Below are positions 10,240 to 20,325 of a stretch of DNA of 64,000 nt, one piece after another. Origin of the DNA: Desulfurococcales archaeon (lineage in GTDB: Archaea > Thermoproteota > Thermoprotei_A > Sulfolobales > NBVN01); the NCBI GenBank assembly GCA_015523295.1, contig WAKQ01000002.1, positions 3,424-67,423 on the forward strand. The letters run 5' to 3'. The notes under the pieces were generated by a model, which saw only the letters and a program-made list of their open reading frames with translations, was not told where the DNA came from and searched no databases. How positions within the stretch are numbered: the stretch's first letter is position 1; every line of letters begins with the position of its first letter. The position numbers were made by a program, and so were the translations under genes.

Positions 10240-10295
10240 GCCTCAGACCTGCGTGGGTCAATCACCTCTCAGGCCTTTCGAGCATCATCATCGGC
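10240..10295 (-). ncRNA. C/D box sRNA
   Basis: Minus strand gccg-ATGATGA-tgctcgaaaggc-CTGA-gagg-TGATTGA-cccacgcaggt-CTGA-ggc with a terminal gcc/ggc stem. Confidence 0.85.
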
Positions 10296-10346
10296 TACTA
10301 ACCCTAAATATAAGTCATCCAGTTTATTTTACTATACGGGTTCATA

Positions 10347-10967
10347 ATGAGAGGCGTTCTAGGTATATCTGGGGCTAGTGGGCAAATATATGCATTGAGG
10401 ATTGCAGAGCTACTTCATGACCTTGGCCATCATACCTACTGCATCGTCTCTGGTAATGCACTTAAGGTAGCTGAGAATGAATGTCTAGATAAAGAAAATT
10501 TCATGAAACTTCTTTCTAAGTTCTGCGATGAGATCATTTCAAACGAAGATTTAAACTCTCCACTTGCATCATCTTCCTTCACCTTGGGGTTCGGGGTGAT
10601 AGCTCCATGTTCCCTGAAATCACTTTCAGATATAGCTAATTCCAGACAGGATACTCTCATATCAAGAGTGAGTGGGAACCTCTTAAGACTAAGGAAAAAG
10701 CTAGTGCTGCTAATTCGTGAAACCCCGCTCTCTACAATAGATATTCTCAACATGCTGAAGGCATCAATAGCAGGTGCGATAATAATGCCAGCGTCTCCAG
10801 GGTTTTATGGAAGACCAAGAGATTTGAAAGAGGTCGTTGACTTTGTGGTTGGCAAGGTATTTGATGCACTGGAAATTCCTGCTAACATATATGTGAGGTG
10901 GGGAGATCCAAGCATCACTCGTAGAAGTCGCCTTTGCGACCTGTTCTACGGCTCAAGAGATCTTTGA
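10347..10967 (+). CDS. ubiX: UbiX-family flavin prenyltransferase
   Basis: GISGASG, APCS, RETPL and PASPGFY motifs. Confidence 0.93.
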   Translation: MRGVLGISGASGQIYALRIAELLHDLGHHTYCIVSGNALKVAENECLDKENFMKLLSKFCDEIISNEDLNSPLASSSFTLGFGVIAPCSLKSLSDIANSRQDTLISRVSGNLLRLRKKLVLLIRETPLSTIDILNMLKASIAGAIIMPASPGFYGRPRDLKEVVDFVVGKVFDALEIPANIYVRWGDPSITRRSRLCDLFYGSRDL

Positions 10968-11403
10968 CCCTGGAATCAAATTCCTTGTTCTCCTTTTCTA
11001 GCTCTTGGAAAAACTCATCACCGCTTTTCTTAAATTTGACAGCATAAGCACACCTCCCGTCAGGGAGCAGGGCTCCCAACTCACAGTATGCATACTGGCA
11101 TTTAGGGCCGAGACACTCATCCCCTATCCACCTACACATCGCGACCTTCTGAACGTGGCCCTTAACTACCTTATTTACGTATACTAAAGCCCTCTTGCTA
11201 CACCTAAAGTAGGGACATAAAGGGTTACATTTATCTCCTATAGGCATAGGTTTCTGCTGAAGTTCCTTCCATGATGCCTTCCTCTGTTCTTGTCTTTGTC
11301 TATCCCTGAAACCCCGCCTTCCACCACGTCTATCATCATAGTGCCGGCCGTAATGATGTCTATGCACATAATCCTTGTTATCAGGGCTCAATCCCATCAC
11401 CAA
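10915..11403 (-). CDS. Cys-rich hypothetical protein with His/Arg/Gly-rich N-terminus
   Basis: CNPLCPYFRC...CRWIGDECLGPKCQYAYC...C. Confidence 0.75.
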   Translation of the reverse strand: MVMGLSPDNKDYVHRHHYGRHYDDRRGGRRGFRDRQRQEQRKASWKELQQKPMPIGDKCNPLCPYFRCSKRALVYVNKVVKGHVQKVAMCRWIGDECLGPKCQYAYCELGALLPDGRCAYAVKFKKSGDEFFQELEKENKEFDSRVKDLLSRRTGRKGDFYE

Positions 11404-11429
11404 AGGCCTAACATTAACACCATTTTACC

Positions 11430-12017
11430 TTATGGCCGAAGCCATTTAAAAGTTATGTAGATTCTTTCCCCCGAAGGGTAAACAATCGAAAGCAAGAGAT
11501 CTTTCCTCACACTATGCGAGACTCTTCCCCATCCTATAAGGTCCCCAGGATCTACCTTCTCATCATACCTTAATGTCTTTACAAGATAAGGAGCATGCTC
11601 TACACCCGGCCTCTGCCTATAAACCGCAAAATCGACACCATACTTAAGGGCAGATCTCACAATGAAACCGGAATCCCTGAGTTGCTTATACGTCCCATAA
11701 AGTTCCTTGAAGTCAGGAACTTGCTTAGATGCGTACATCTCGAGCTCTTTTATATCCATGTATCTGTCGCCATATGAGAGAGAAATTACACCTTTCTCAA
11801 GGAGGTAGGCCGCTTCAAAGAGAGATAACTCTAAAGGTCTTTCAATGTCAGTGGTCTTAGGTTTCTTCACACCTACCGGCTTCCCAAAGAAGCCCCTACC
11901 GAAGAGACATTTTGCGAATTCAACATCAAATACAACTGCCTTAGACCCTATAAGTAATGCTCTTCCAGTACCACACGCTCTTACATCGTTATCGGTGAAG
12001 GGAGATGTATCTGATAT
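11430..12017 (-). CDS. endA: tRNA-splicing endonuclease catalytic subunit
   Basis: KYGVDFAVY, EHAPY and HSVRK carry the catalytic Y/H/K; GKPVGVKKPK is the crenarchaeal-specific loop; start uncertain (ATA at 12017 proposed). Confidence 0.92.
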   Translation of the reverse strand: MSDTSPFTDNDVRACGTGRALLIGSKAVVFDVEFAKCLFGRGFFGKPVGVKKPKTTDIERPLELSLFEAAYLLEKGVISLSYGDRYMDIKELEMYASKQVPDFKELYGTYKQLRDSGFIVRSALKYGVDFAVYRQRPGVEHAPYLVKTLRYDEKVDPGDLIGWGRVSHSVRKDLLLSIVYPSGERIYITFKWLRP

Positions 12018-12705
12018 AAGTCCCCACCCGCTTAAGTATGTCTGCGGCATCCTCAAGCTTATCGAATAACTCCTTAATGAGGATGAGCGCACCAACATCC
12101 TTGCTATAATTCCTGAGCACTGCTAAACCACCTTCACGATAGAGATCATCGATTGCGTTCTCAGATTTTATTAGCTTTATATAAAGCTCCCTAAACGCTT
12201 TATTCCCGAGATTGATCTTAAAAAGCATGTCCGTGTCCAGCTCCACCATATTAATTAACCTAGTTAACATTGCATCGAGCAAAGCATAAAGCTTATCGGG
12301 TAACCTTTCAAACTCCTTACTACTGAGTAAGAGGTTTCTGTAGGCTGAGGCCTCTCCATGCTCTGCCGCCCTAACTAAATCCTGAATTATGCTAACATAT
12401 ACGTCCTTAAAGGTGAGTGTCGGAGAAACCTTAATGACGTACTCCATCAGGTTGATACCGTAATTCTCAACATCATCTTTCAGTGCTCTTATTCTACTAT
12501 ATCTTTTACTTACAGCATCAACATTCCCATTATCCAAGTCCTTGAACATGAGGGCGAGTTCCCTATAGATTTCCTTCACGTTCCTAAGTATGGTGTTTAA
12601 TTGCTCCATAATCTGGGACTCTGCAATGCTTTCTCTCTCAGCACCACGACTCACATCTAAGTTTATGCTTCCCTCAGACATCAGTATTGCCCATGTGGTT
12701 ATCAA
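11989..12705 (-). CDS. DUF47/PhoU-like phosphate transport regulator
   Basis: ENAIDDLYR and FDKLEDAAD motifs. Confidence 0.8.
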   Translation of the reverse strand: MITTWAILMSEGSINLDVSRGAERESIAESQIMEQLNTILRNVKEIYRELALMFKDLDNGNVDAVSKRYSRIRALKDDVENYGINLMEYVIKVSPTLTFKDVYVSIIQDLVRAAEHGEASAYRNLLLSSKEFERLPDKLYALLDAMLTRLINMVELDTDMLFKINLGNKAFRELYIKLIKSENAIDDLYREGGLAVLRNYSKDVGALILIKELFDKLEDAADILKRVGTYIRYISLHR

Positions 12706-12768
12706 CCCTAACTTATTTAATGTTATTGTTACTGCCTGTAAAACGAAGAACTTAGAGCAACACCAAGA

Positions 12769-13227
12769 TCAGGAATGTCCTATACTATTCAAGAAACCCT
12801 CTGCCGCATCTTTTAATTCATCAACACTGCTCAATTCATTCAATACAAACTTAAGGTCGGGTTCTGGAGCGCCTCTGGATACCATAAGATCTCTTAATTC
12901 AAGCATCAGCTCCTTTTCATCATTTATAGATACCCATAGCGTGAACTCAAGTAATGTCTTAACGAGTTCCGCATATTCGCCCTCCAACTGTGGATTTTTC
13001 TTAGAATTAGAGAGTGAGCGAAGGAGTAGTCTCCTCGCACGCCTTAATCTTTGGAGCGTCTCCCTAACCTCCATAAAAGTAGTGACTCCCCTCCTGAACT
13101 CATCGACCTGTCTTCTCAGCTTGGAGATAAGCTCATCTCTTCTTAGAGTCTGCTCCTCCACCTCTCTATATAGGAGGGATACCTCCACCTTATAATCCCC
13201 TAACGGTAACCAAGCTATTATCGGCAA
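12769..13227 (-). CDS. hypothetical protein
   Basis: Coiled-coil ORF in the glyS operon; start probably near 13189. Confidence 0.65.
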   Translation of the reverse strand: MPIIAWLPLGDYKVEVSLLYREVEEQTLRRDELISKLRRQVDEFRRGVTTFMEVRETLQRLRRARRLLLRSLSNSKKNPQLEGEYAELVKTLLEFTLWVSINDEKELMLELRDLMVSRGAPEPDLKFVLNELSSVDELKDAAEGFLNSIGHS

Positions 13228-13546
13228 TACCGTTTTCCTTCATTAATGCTTCATTAGCCCAAACCTCATTCTCTGGAACCTGCTCTGACTCAACAGCCTT
13301 AAACCTGAAGCGCTTCTTACCAGCAACTGAAACCTCAATGCCTCCCTTAATCTCTAAGTACTTCAGGAGCGCGGGTGATATGTGAAGCTCATTCTCTGGC
13401 ACCTCTTTTCTCAACCTAAGCCTTACCCGCTTCTCCTTAACCTTTCCACCCCCCTTCATCATCAATTGAGACGCGGGTGGTATCACGGCCACAAGCTGTT
13501 TCACGTCTTTTTTCTTCCCTTGCTCGCCCTCAGACAGTCTCGACAC
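13190..13546 (-). CDS. hypothetical protein (possible double-psi beta-barrel-like fold)
   Basis: Repeated VPENE motif; downstream of glyS. Confidence 0.65.
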   Translation of the reverse strand: MSRLSEGEQGKKKDVKQLVAVIPPASQLMMKGGGKVKEKRVRLRLRKEVPENELHISPALLKYLEIKGGIEVSVAGKKRFRFKAVESEQVPENEVWANEALMKENGIADNSLVTVRGL

Positions 13547-13577
13547 CTCAGCACTAATTTTTTGCGATCGGGGGTTA

Positions 13578-15338
13578 TTACTTTACCTCTCCCATCTTTA
13601 GATCGACTAGGTTAACTTCTAAATTCTTTCTCAGCCATCCAATGACTTGAACCTCCTCAAGCCTTATCTGCTCTCTAGTATCCCTATTTCTCACGGTAAC
13701 TGTCCCGTCTTCTAACGTCTGATGATCTACTGTTATTGCGTAGGGTATACCTATTTCATCGGCCCTAGCATACCTCCTACCTATACTGCCTGAGTCATCG
13801 AAGAACGCCATTATCCCTGAAGCAGTTATGGATGAATAGAGTCTGTAGGCTCTTTCCCTGAACGGTTCCCGTGAAAGAAGGGGAAAAACTGCAACTTTGA
13901 CGGGAGCTATCTTAGGCGGAAGACGAAGATATACTCTGTCGCCTTCCCTAACAAGTGATTTGTCGAGGGATACATAAACGAGCCTTTCAGCACCGAAAGA
14001 GGGTTCAACTACGTGGGGGACAAATCTCCTACCCGTTATTTTCTTCTCAATCTCTTCAATCCTTATTGCTTCTGTGGGAACCTTAAAAGGACCTAACTCT
14101 AAGAACTTTGCGCCATTGTCTAAAGCCCTCTTGACTTCAGCAGGGTCTACATTGCCCAGCTCCTCAATAACCTTAGGTGCATCATGCTTGAACAGCCTTC
14201 CAATGACCGATTTATTCACCTTTACCTGCAATGTCTTTACAACTCTCGCCTTTTCAAAGCCCTTAAACACTGTGAGATCCTGCCCAGAATACTTGATGTG
14301 TTGAGAGAGGTCGTAGTTACCTCTATAGGCATGGCCAGATACTTCAACCCAGCCCCACCTACTAACACGTACTAACTGATCAAACGTTTGGGTAGCATAG
14401 TGAGCTCTTTCCTCAGGAAGTTTCTCCTCAAAGAAAGTCTCTGCCTCACCAACACCCAACTCCTTCACGAATTCCTTGGCTACAGCCATCCAGTAGGCGA
14501 GCCAAGGGTTTTTCACGATGCCTTCCCGAACAGCTTCCTCCACACCATATGTAGCGGGCTTCTCATCGCCTTTCAGCCTTTGCTCAGCTGTAAGTATATT
14601 CAACTTGCCGCCAAATTTACCGAATGGCGGTAACCCGGGATCTTCAGGATCATAGAAGAACTCCATCTCCATTATAGTGAACTCCCTTAACCTTATCATA
14701 CCTTGACGCGGAGAGATCTCATTTCTTGCTACTCTTCCGATTTGAGCAATGCCCAAAGGCAATGATGTCCTAGCTACTGTGAACACCCTTTTGAAAGAGG
14801 TGAACATGCCTTGGGCTGCTTCAGGCCTTAAATAACCGATGTCCCTCTTGTAGGGACCTATGTACGTCTGGAAAAGTAGATTAAAGAGCCTTACTTCGCT
14901 TAGCTCGCCTCCGCATACCGGGCACTTTATACCTCTTTCTTTTATGATCTGCGTTAACTCGCCTGGCTTGAGACCTTCAACATTCATGCCTGTTGCTTCC
15001 TCTATAAGCTTATCCGCCCGAAAAACTCTCCCACACCTCAAGCATTGAACAATGGGATCGGTAAAGCTTTCAAGATGGCCTGACGCCTTAAACACGATCT
15101 CTGGGGTTATCATCGGCGTCTCCACAGGCACTACGAGATCGGCGTGTTTGACCACAAAGTATTCGAGCCATAGCTTTCTAATGTTCTCTTTGAGGAGAGT
15201 GCCTAAAGGCCCAAGGTCATAGAAGCCTGAAACACCTCCATAGATCTCGAAGGAGGGCCAGAAGAAGCCCCTCCTCTTTGCAAGTTCCATTAAAATCTCA
15301 TACTTATCCTTATCTGAGCCTTCCACATTCAAACCCAC
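13578..15338 (-). CDS. glyS: glycine--tRNA ligase
   Basis: RRGFFWPSFEIYGG, LRPEAAQG, RNEISPRQG and EPSFGAER motifs. Confidence 0.98.
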   Translation of the reverse strand: MGLNVEGSDKDKYEILMELAKRRGFFWPSFEIYGGVSGFYDLGPLGTLLKENIRKLWLEYFVVKHADLVVPVETPMITPEIVFKASGHLESFTDPIVQCLRCGRVFRADKLIEEATGMNVEGLKPGELTQIIKERGIKCPVCGGELSEVRLFNLLFQTYIGPYKRDIGYLRPEAAQGMFTSFKRVFTVARTSLPLGIAQIGRVARNEISPRQGMIRLREFTIMEMEFFYDPEDPGLPPFGKFGGKLNILTAEQRLKGDEKPATYGVEEAVREGIVKNPWLAYWMAVAKEFVKELGVGEAETFFEEKLPEERAHYATQTFDQLVRVSRWGWVEVSGHAYRGNYDLSQHIKYSGQDLTVFKGFEKARVVKTLQVKVNKSVIGRLFKHDAPKVIEELGNVDPAEVKRALDNGAKFLELGPFKVPTEAIRIEEIEKKITGRRFVPHVVEPSFGAERLVYVSLDKSLVREGDRVYLRLPPKIAPVKVAVFPLLSREPFRERAYRLYSSITASGIMAFFDDSGSIGRRYARADEIGIPYAITVDHQTLEDGTVTVRNRDTREQIRLEEVQVIGWLRKNLEVNLVDLKMGEVK

Positions 15339-15362
15339 CTTTACCCTTAAAACGGGTTTTTA

Positions 15363-16289
15363 ATGCTTTATTTGGTGTGTGTAATGAAGGAACTCTACAT
15401 GATTAGAACCCCTTATACGTTTCTTGGAGTTCAGGGTGACCCAGTAAAGACTAGATTGAGCATTGTTGGAATACCCTTTGACTCAACCAACAGCTTCAGA
15501 GGAGGCTCTAGGTTCGCCCCTATCCATATAAGGGTTGCCTCTCAGAGTCTTGAAACCTACTCATTTAGAGCTGGTGTAAGTCTTGATATGAATCCACCCT
15601 ATGACGAAGGGGATATAGCGGTGGTTCACGGAAATGCAGAGCTAACTTTAAGGAATATAGCATCGGTTTCGGAAGAGCTTTTCAGGGCAGGTAGAACACC
15701 TCTGTTCATGGGAGGAGATCATACTATAACTTACGGGGTTATCGAAGGTGCCTTAAGGGCTGGCATCAAACCCTGTCTTCTTGTGTTCGACGCACACCTA
15801 GACTTCAGGAAGGAGTACTTAGGATATAAGTGGTCTCATGCATGCGTGATTAGAAGGGTTTCTGAGATCATCAGCACTAGCGATATAACTGTGGTGGGTG
15901 TAAGGGCTGTTGACAAGGATGAGTTAAGAGAGGCTAAGATCCAAGGGCTGACCTATCTACCGATTACCGAGATCAATAAAACGACCTCTAGGGATGTAAG
16001 TTCGAGGATAAGCAACAAACTAGCTAGCTGCGAGAAAATCTACATATCAGTCGACATGGATTCCATCGATCCATCATATGCCCCTGGAGTAGCTACCCCT
16101 GAGCCAGAGGGGCTGACTCCCACATTTATCCTTAACCTACTTCACACCTTAATTGACAAAAGAATCATAGGCTTCGATATTGTTGAGGTTGACCCGACCG
16201 TAGATCCTTCCGACATAACATCTTTCCTTGCAGCCCGCATCATGATTGAGGTAGCAATATATGCAAGTATCGCTAAGAAACTCATTTGA
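15363..16289 (+). CDS. speB: agmatinase
   Basis: GGDHT, DAHLD and DMDSIDPSYAPGVATP motifs. Confidence 0.93.
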   Translation: MLYLVCVMKELYMIRTPYTFLGVQGDPVKTRLSIVGIPFDSTNSFRGGSRFAPIHIRVASQSLETYSFRAGVSLDMNPPYDEGDIAVVHGNAELTLRNIASVSEELFRAGRTPLFMGGDHTITYGVIEGALRAGIKPCLLVFDAHLDFRKEYLGYKWSHACVIRRVSEIISTSDITVVGVRAVDKDELREAKIQGLTYLPITEINKTTSRDVSSRISNKLASCEKIYISVDMDSIDPSYAPGVATPEPEGLTPTFILNLLHTLIDKRIIGFDIVEVDPTVDPSDITSFLAARIMIEVAIYASIAKKLI

Positions 16290-16502
16290 CGGTAGCCCCG
16301 GTTTACTGAGAATAAAAAACATAACATTATTTATGAAAAACAGCTAAGCAGAAAACAGATTTAGAAGGGAACAATATAGTATAGTGAAGGGAAGCAAGCA
16401 AGCCAGAAGAAGGTTTAAGGATTTCCCTAAGTCAAAGGCAGGAAATGCCAAGACAAAGCAATATTTCACATTATTATTATTAAAACTATAATTAACCAAG
16501 GA

Positions 16503-16578
<76 letters not shown>

Positions 16579-16685
16579 TCTACTAAAATTAATTCCTTTG
16601 AGAGGATTTTAAGGTGTATTGGTCTTTTCTCTTCAAGAGGAAGTTTTATAAAGCCTGTAGTAGGGATTTTTAAGGTTTACTTTTA

Positions 16686-17642
16686 ATGGGTGATCATATA
16701 ATGCACGAGTCTCATGAGAAAGAGAAAAACTCCTCTGAAGCTCATACAACCGAATGCCCCCCTGATAAAATTGTCTACGATGAGTTTCGAGGAGAGTACA
16801 TATGTACTGAGACTGGAGAGGTTGTTGAGGATAAGGTTGTTGACCAAGGACCTGAGTGGAGGGCCTTCACACCTGAGGAGAGGGAGAAAAGGTCAAGATC
16901 AGGTTCTCCACTCTCCCCAACAATTCATGATGGTGGACTATCCACTATGATTGACTGGCGAGACAGGGACGCCTCCGGAAAGAAACTTGAGTTAAAGCGC
17001 AGGTTAGAGGTTATGAGGTGGAGGAAATGGCAGATAAGGACGAGAATTCAGAACAGCATAGACAGGAATATAACGCAAGCAGCCACAGAGCTTGAGAGGA
17101 TAGCTGATCAGCTAGGGCTACCCAGGTCTGTTAAGGAACATGCTGCCACCATCTATAGACAAGCAGTTGAGAAAGGGGTGGTTAGAGGTAGAGCTGTTGA
17201 GTCAGTAGTTGCAGCAGCCCTCTACGCGGCATGCAGGATATTCAAGATACCTAGAACACTAGATGAAATATCTCAATATACGAAGACAAGCAAAAAAGAG
17301 GTGGCTAGATGTTATAGGTTGCTTGTGAGAGAACTTGACATTAAAATACCTATAGCCGATCCTGCTGACTTTGTATCAAGAATAGCTGCTGCTTTAGGGT
17401 TAAGTGGTAACGTAATAAAGAAGGCGATTTCAATAATTCAGGAGGCCAAGACCAAAGGTTTGACTGCTGGGAAAGACCCGGTAGGTCTAGCTGCAGCAGC
17501 TGTCTACACTGCTGCCCAAATCTATGGGGAGAGAAGAACACAGAAAGATGTAGCTCAAGTAGCCGGCGTTACTGAAGTAACCGTGAGAAATCGGTATAAG
17601 GAACTAATCCAGTACCTTAAAATCAAGGTTCCAGAGCAATAG
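16686..17642 (+). CDS. tfb: transcription initiation factor IIB
   Basis: B-reader DQGPEWRAF, two cyclin repeats, [12 protein letters not shown]. Confidence 0.98.
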   Translation: MGDHIMHESHEKEKNSSEAHTTECPPDKIVYDEFRGEYICTETGEVVEDKVVDQGPEWRAFTPEEREKRSRSGSPLSPTIHDGGLSTMIDWRDRDASGKKLELKRRLEVMRWRKWQIRTRIQNSIDRNITQAATELERIADQLGLPRSVKEHAATIYRQAVEKGVVRGRAVESVVAAALYAACRIFKIPRTLDEISQYTKTSKKEVARCYRLLVRELDIKIPIADPADFVSRIAAALGLSGNVIKKAISIIQEAKTKGLTAGKDPVGLAAAAVYTAAQIYGERRTQKDVAQVAGVTEVTVRNRYKELIQYLKIKVPEQ

Positions 17643-17661
17643 CAAAAACATAAATTTCTAT

Positions 17662-17994
17662 TTACTCAGCCTCAATAAAGATTATATTCTCCTCAGGGAT
17701 CCCGAACTCCTTAACAAGGATTTGTTTCACCCTCGACCTGTGATTTCCCTGTAATTCAATATGATTGTTCTTTACAGTACCCCCAGTAGCTAGTTTTGCC
17801 TTAAGTGTGGAGGCAACTTTCTTTAAGTTAAAGACCCCTGGATCTAGTCCCTCAATAATCGTTACCTCTTTGCCGAACTTCCTTCTTTCTATCTTTATTT
17901 TAATTAATTGCTGCTCAGCACCTAACTGCATACATAGTTCTTCTGGTAATCCGCTGCATAGAGCTTCAATATTCTCCATATCTTTGCCCGACAT
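17662..17994 (-). CDS. translation initiation factor aIF1 (SUI1)
   Basis: [17 protein letters not shown] and IELQGNHR motifs. Confidence 0.95.
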   Translation of the reverse strand: MSGKDMENIEALCSGLPEELCMQLGAEQQLIKIKIERRKFGKEVTIIEGLDPGVFNLKKVASTLKAKLATGGTVKNNHIELQGNHRSRVKQILVKEFGIPEENIIFIEAE

Positions 17995-18140
17995 GACCCA
18001 CCCTGCTACATTTTTCTCAAGGTAGCAGACCTTAAAAGGTTTTAGGAGGAAATTTAAACATCTCTATAATTAAATACTTCGATTAAGATGGTATATCTCC
18101 TCAGTTAAATCTATAAGCCCAGTACCACCAACCTTATAAG

Positions 18141-18332
18141 GTGGATTTAGTGGAGGAGGACATCCTTTATAAATGTTGGATGTGCGGGAAAGTCTTCAGA
18201 AGAAGCGATGTGGAAGCCTTTGAAGCTAGAGAAATTGGAGAGGGGTACGCGTTTATTCGATGTCCTGCCTGTGGCTCAAAAATAATAACTAAAATTAGAA
18301 GGGAAGGCTTTAAAAGAGTTAAGGCAATCTAA
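18141..18332 (+). CDS. rpoP: RNA polymerase subunit P (Rpo12)
   Basis: YKCWMCGK...IRCPACGSKIITKIR...VKAI. Confidence 0.9.
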   Translation: MDLVEEDILYKCWMCGKVFRRSDVEAFEAREIGEGYAFIRCPACGSKIITKIRREGFKRVKAI

Positions 18333-18399
18333 GGCAGTATTCAAAGCTATTTAGTTGTGAGAACTTCATAATTTATATTTATTATATTTATTCCTTCCT

Positions 18400-18711
18400 T
18401 CATAGGTTGATTAGACCCGCATCTGCTAATTGATGAAGTATCTCGGCTACAGGTTCCTTAAGCTCATCCGGCGTCATTGCAGTTTCAGGGTTCTCGCTTA
18501 ACTCCTTACTGATGTTGTTTATAAGTTCCTCCACAGTTTTCTCACCATCGCACTTAATCCAAACATAGTAAGCTCCCGGAGTGAGTGAGTAGGCTTTCTG
18601 CTCGTCGATAGCCACCACGAAGTTATCTCCATCCATACTAACGCTTGAACCAAGCCTCTTTGGCTTTAATCCCTTTATCTCCTCATAGCTAAGTACCTTA
18701 TCCTCACTCAT
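18400..18711 (-). CDS. PqqD-like (RRE/wHTH) protein
   Basis: YSLTPGAYYVWIKCDGEKTVEELI...L..L...GLI; start reassigned to MSEDK, which overlaps the SSB stop. Confidence 0.7.
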   Translation of the reverse strand: MSEDKVLSYEEIKGLKPKRLGSSVSMDGDNFVVAIDEQKAYSLTPGAYYVWIKCDGEKTVEELINNISKELSENPETAMTPDELKEPVAEILHQLADAGLINL

Positions 18712-19198
18712 AACGGTTGCCTCTTCCGTAACTACTGAAACCGTAAGAACGCCTTCTAAAGCTCCTTCTCTGAGGCCTATATCCTTCGGGTGCTTTAGGA
18801 CTATTCTGAGGGATCTCCTCTGCTTGAGGAACGCTAGCGTCATCAGCTTCTTCTATATTACCTTTTCCGCCTATATTTAGCTGAACATCTCCTCTATAGG
18901 TGGTTGTCCATGCACCCTTAATTTCAACAGCGCTTCCTTCTTTCAGTTCACCAGCAGCCTTACCCCAGAGAGTAAGCTTAACCCTACCAGTCTCATCACC
19001 TACAGTAGCCTCACTTATGGTTCTCTGACCAGACCTCGTGTTTATCACTTTAGGCTCTCCCGCTTCTAATACTCTTACAACTACGTCAAGGTTATTCATT
19101 TCTGGTTTAAGATCCATAACCTTAACTTTTTCGTTTTTCCTATATCCTCCAAATTCCGACATACGATTCAACTCCGACTTACGTAACATGTAAATCAA
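18704..19198 (-). CDS. ssb: crenarchaeal single-stranded DNA-binding protein
   Basis: Single OB fold VGDETGRVKLTLWG...AWTTTYRG; Arg/Gly-rich tail. Confidence 0.95.
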   Translation of the reverse strand: MIYMLRKSELNRMSEFGGYRKNEKVKVMDLKPEMNNLDVVVRVLEAGEPKVINTRSGQRTISEATVGDETGRVKLTLWGKAAGELKEGSAVEIKGAWTTTYRGDVQLNIGGKGNIEEADDASVPQAEEIPQNSPKAPEGYRPQRRSFRRRSYGFSSYGRGNRYE

Positions 19199-19357
19199 GT
19201 ACCAAGGTTATTAAGCTATAATGAAGATACAGATTAAAAACCTGGTTAGAAGATGCTGATCAAAACGCTAGGAACTCAATTAAGTGGCTGGATTTACTTG
19301 ATTTGAATTTAGCAGGAAAAACTATGGGAAAAAAAGCAGTGAAATTCAACTCTTTCC

Positions 19358-19585
19358 TCATGCCTTCTCTACTGTGATAGACCCTGTCGGGCAGGCTGTC
19401 CTGGCCTGCTCAACACAGTCAGCCAGATCGTCGGGGACGTTGCCTTCTGTCTCCGAGCCCGCTCTATACTGCTCCACAATCTGACTCTTACCGTCTGGTC
19501 CTGCCTCAAAGACTTGAGGACATATGGCGTAGCATACTCCATCAGCTATGCACGTATTCCAGTCTATCTTTACCTTAAGGGGCAT
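19358..19585 (-). CDS. fdx: monocluster ferredoxin (Asp-ligated type)
   Basis: CIADGVCYAICP...CPT, with Asp at the second ligand position. Confidence 0.93.
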   Translation of the reverse strand: MPLKVKIDWNTCIADGVCYAICPQVFEAGPDGKSQIVEQYRAGSETEGNVPDDLADCVEQARTACPTGSITVEKA

Positions 19586-19711
19586 GTTTTTCCACCGTGA
19601 TATGTGTTAGATGGGGAAAATAAGCATAACGCGTAAGAGTCCATATAGTCAATAGAGCCTTTCATAATGACCAAAAAACTAAAAAACATCTATTATATAC
19701 TCCTCTCGGTA

Positions 19712-19829
19712 GGGCCCGTAGCTCAGCCAGGCAGAGCGCCCGGCATGCCGGATACCGGCACGGGACTCATAAGAATGCTCTGTCTGGGGCACCGGGTGGT
19801 CCGGGGTTCAAATCCCCGCGGGCCCACCA
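19712..19829 (+). tRNA. tRNA-Ile(CAT) with two introns (22 nt at ~31/32-32/33; 19 nt at 37/38)
   Basis: GGGCCCG acceptor stem; CCCGG[catgccggataccggcacggga]CT-CAT-A[agaatgctctgtctggggc]A-CCGGG; removal gives a 77-nt cloverleaf. Confidence 0.85.
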
Positions 19830-19863
19830 ACTCAAAACATTGAAGGCAGTAAATCAACTATCT

Positions 19864-20325
19864 TTAGGGCAAGTAAAACTCGAGTGAGGATCTCTTCCCT
19901 GGAAACATCTCAAATACTAAGGCAAGAAGTTTGCTAGGATCGCAAGCAGCGGAGGATATTCTAAACAAATGCGATATATGCCGCCTTTTATCTGTGTTAC
20001 CGAATCCTTTCACTGGTTGAGTTGTATTTCGACCTGATATAATTGTGTAAAGTTCATCTTCACTCACTCCATAAAATATCAGGGATGCCAATGGCTTACA
20101 CATTGTTGTAAGGTAGTCGATATGCCAATGAAGTTTCTTATATTTCTTGAAATGCCTCTCAATTCTTTTTAGAGGGTTCCTAATATTTGCTGAACCAATA
20201 TACAAGTAGCATCCTTTTGGCAGAACTGGGTTAACTGCTTTCAACGGTAAATTCACTGCTGAATCACATAAAACCACCAACAAATAGCCGACTTTTTTAC
20301 TCTTTAAGGAGCTCATATAACTCAA
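19864..20325 (-). CDS. GIY-YIG nuclease (DUF123 family)
   Basis: GCYLYIGSA, RIERH, HWHIDYL, GFGNTD and SHLF motifs. Confidence 0.9.
   Translation of the reverse strand: MSYMSSLKSKKVGYLLVVLCDSAVNLPLKAVNPVLPKGCYLYIGSANIRNPLKRIERHFKKYKKLHWHIDYLTTMCKPLASLIFYGVSEDELYTIISGRNTTQPVKGFGNTDKRRHISHLFRISSAACDPSKLLALVFEMFPGKRSSLEFYLP

Noticed and set aside
12590-13195. 201-aa plus-strand ORF
   Set aside because: Ser/Leu-rich antisense shadow of two minus-strand genes
19864-20325. GIY-YIG gene beside the intron-bearing tRNA as a homing endonuclease or mobile element
   Set aside because: It looks like the widespread DUF123 family, lies outside the introns, and no att sites or integrase are seen
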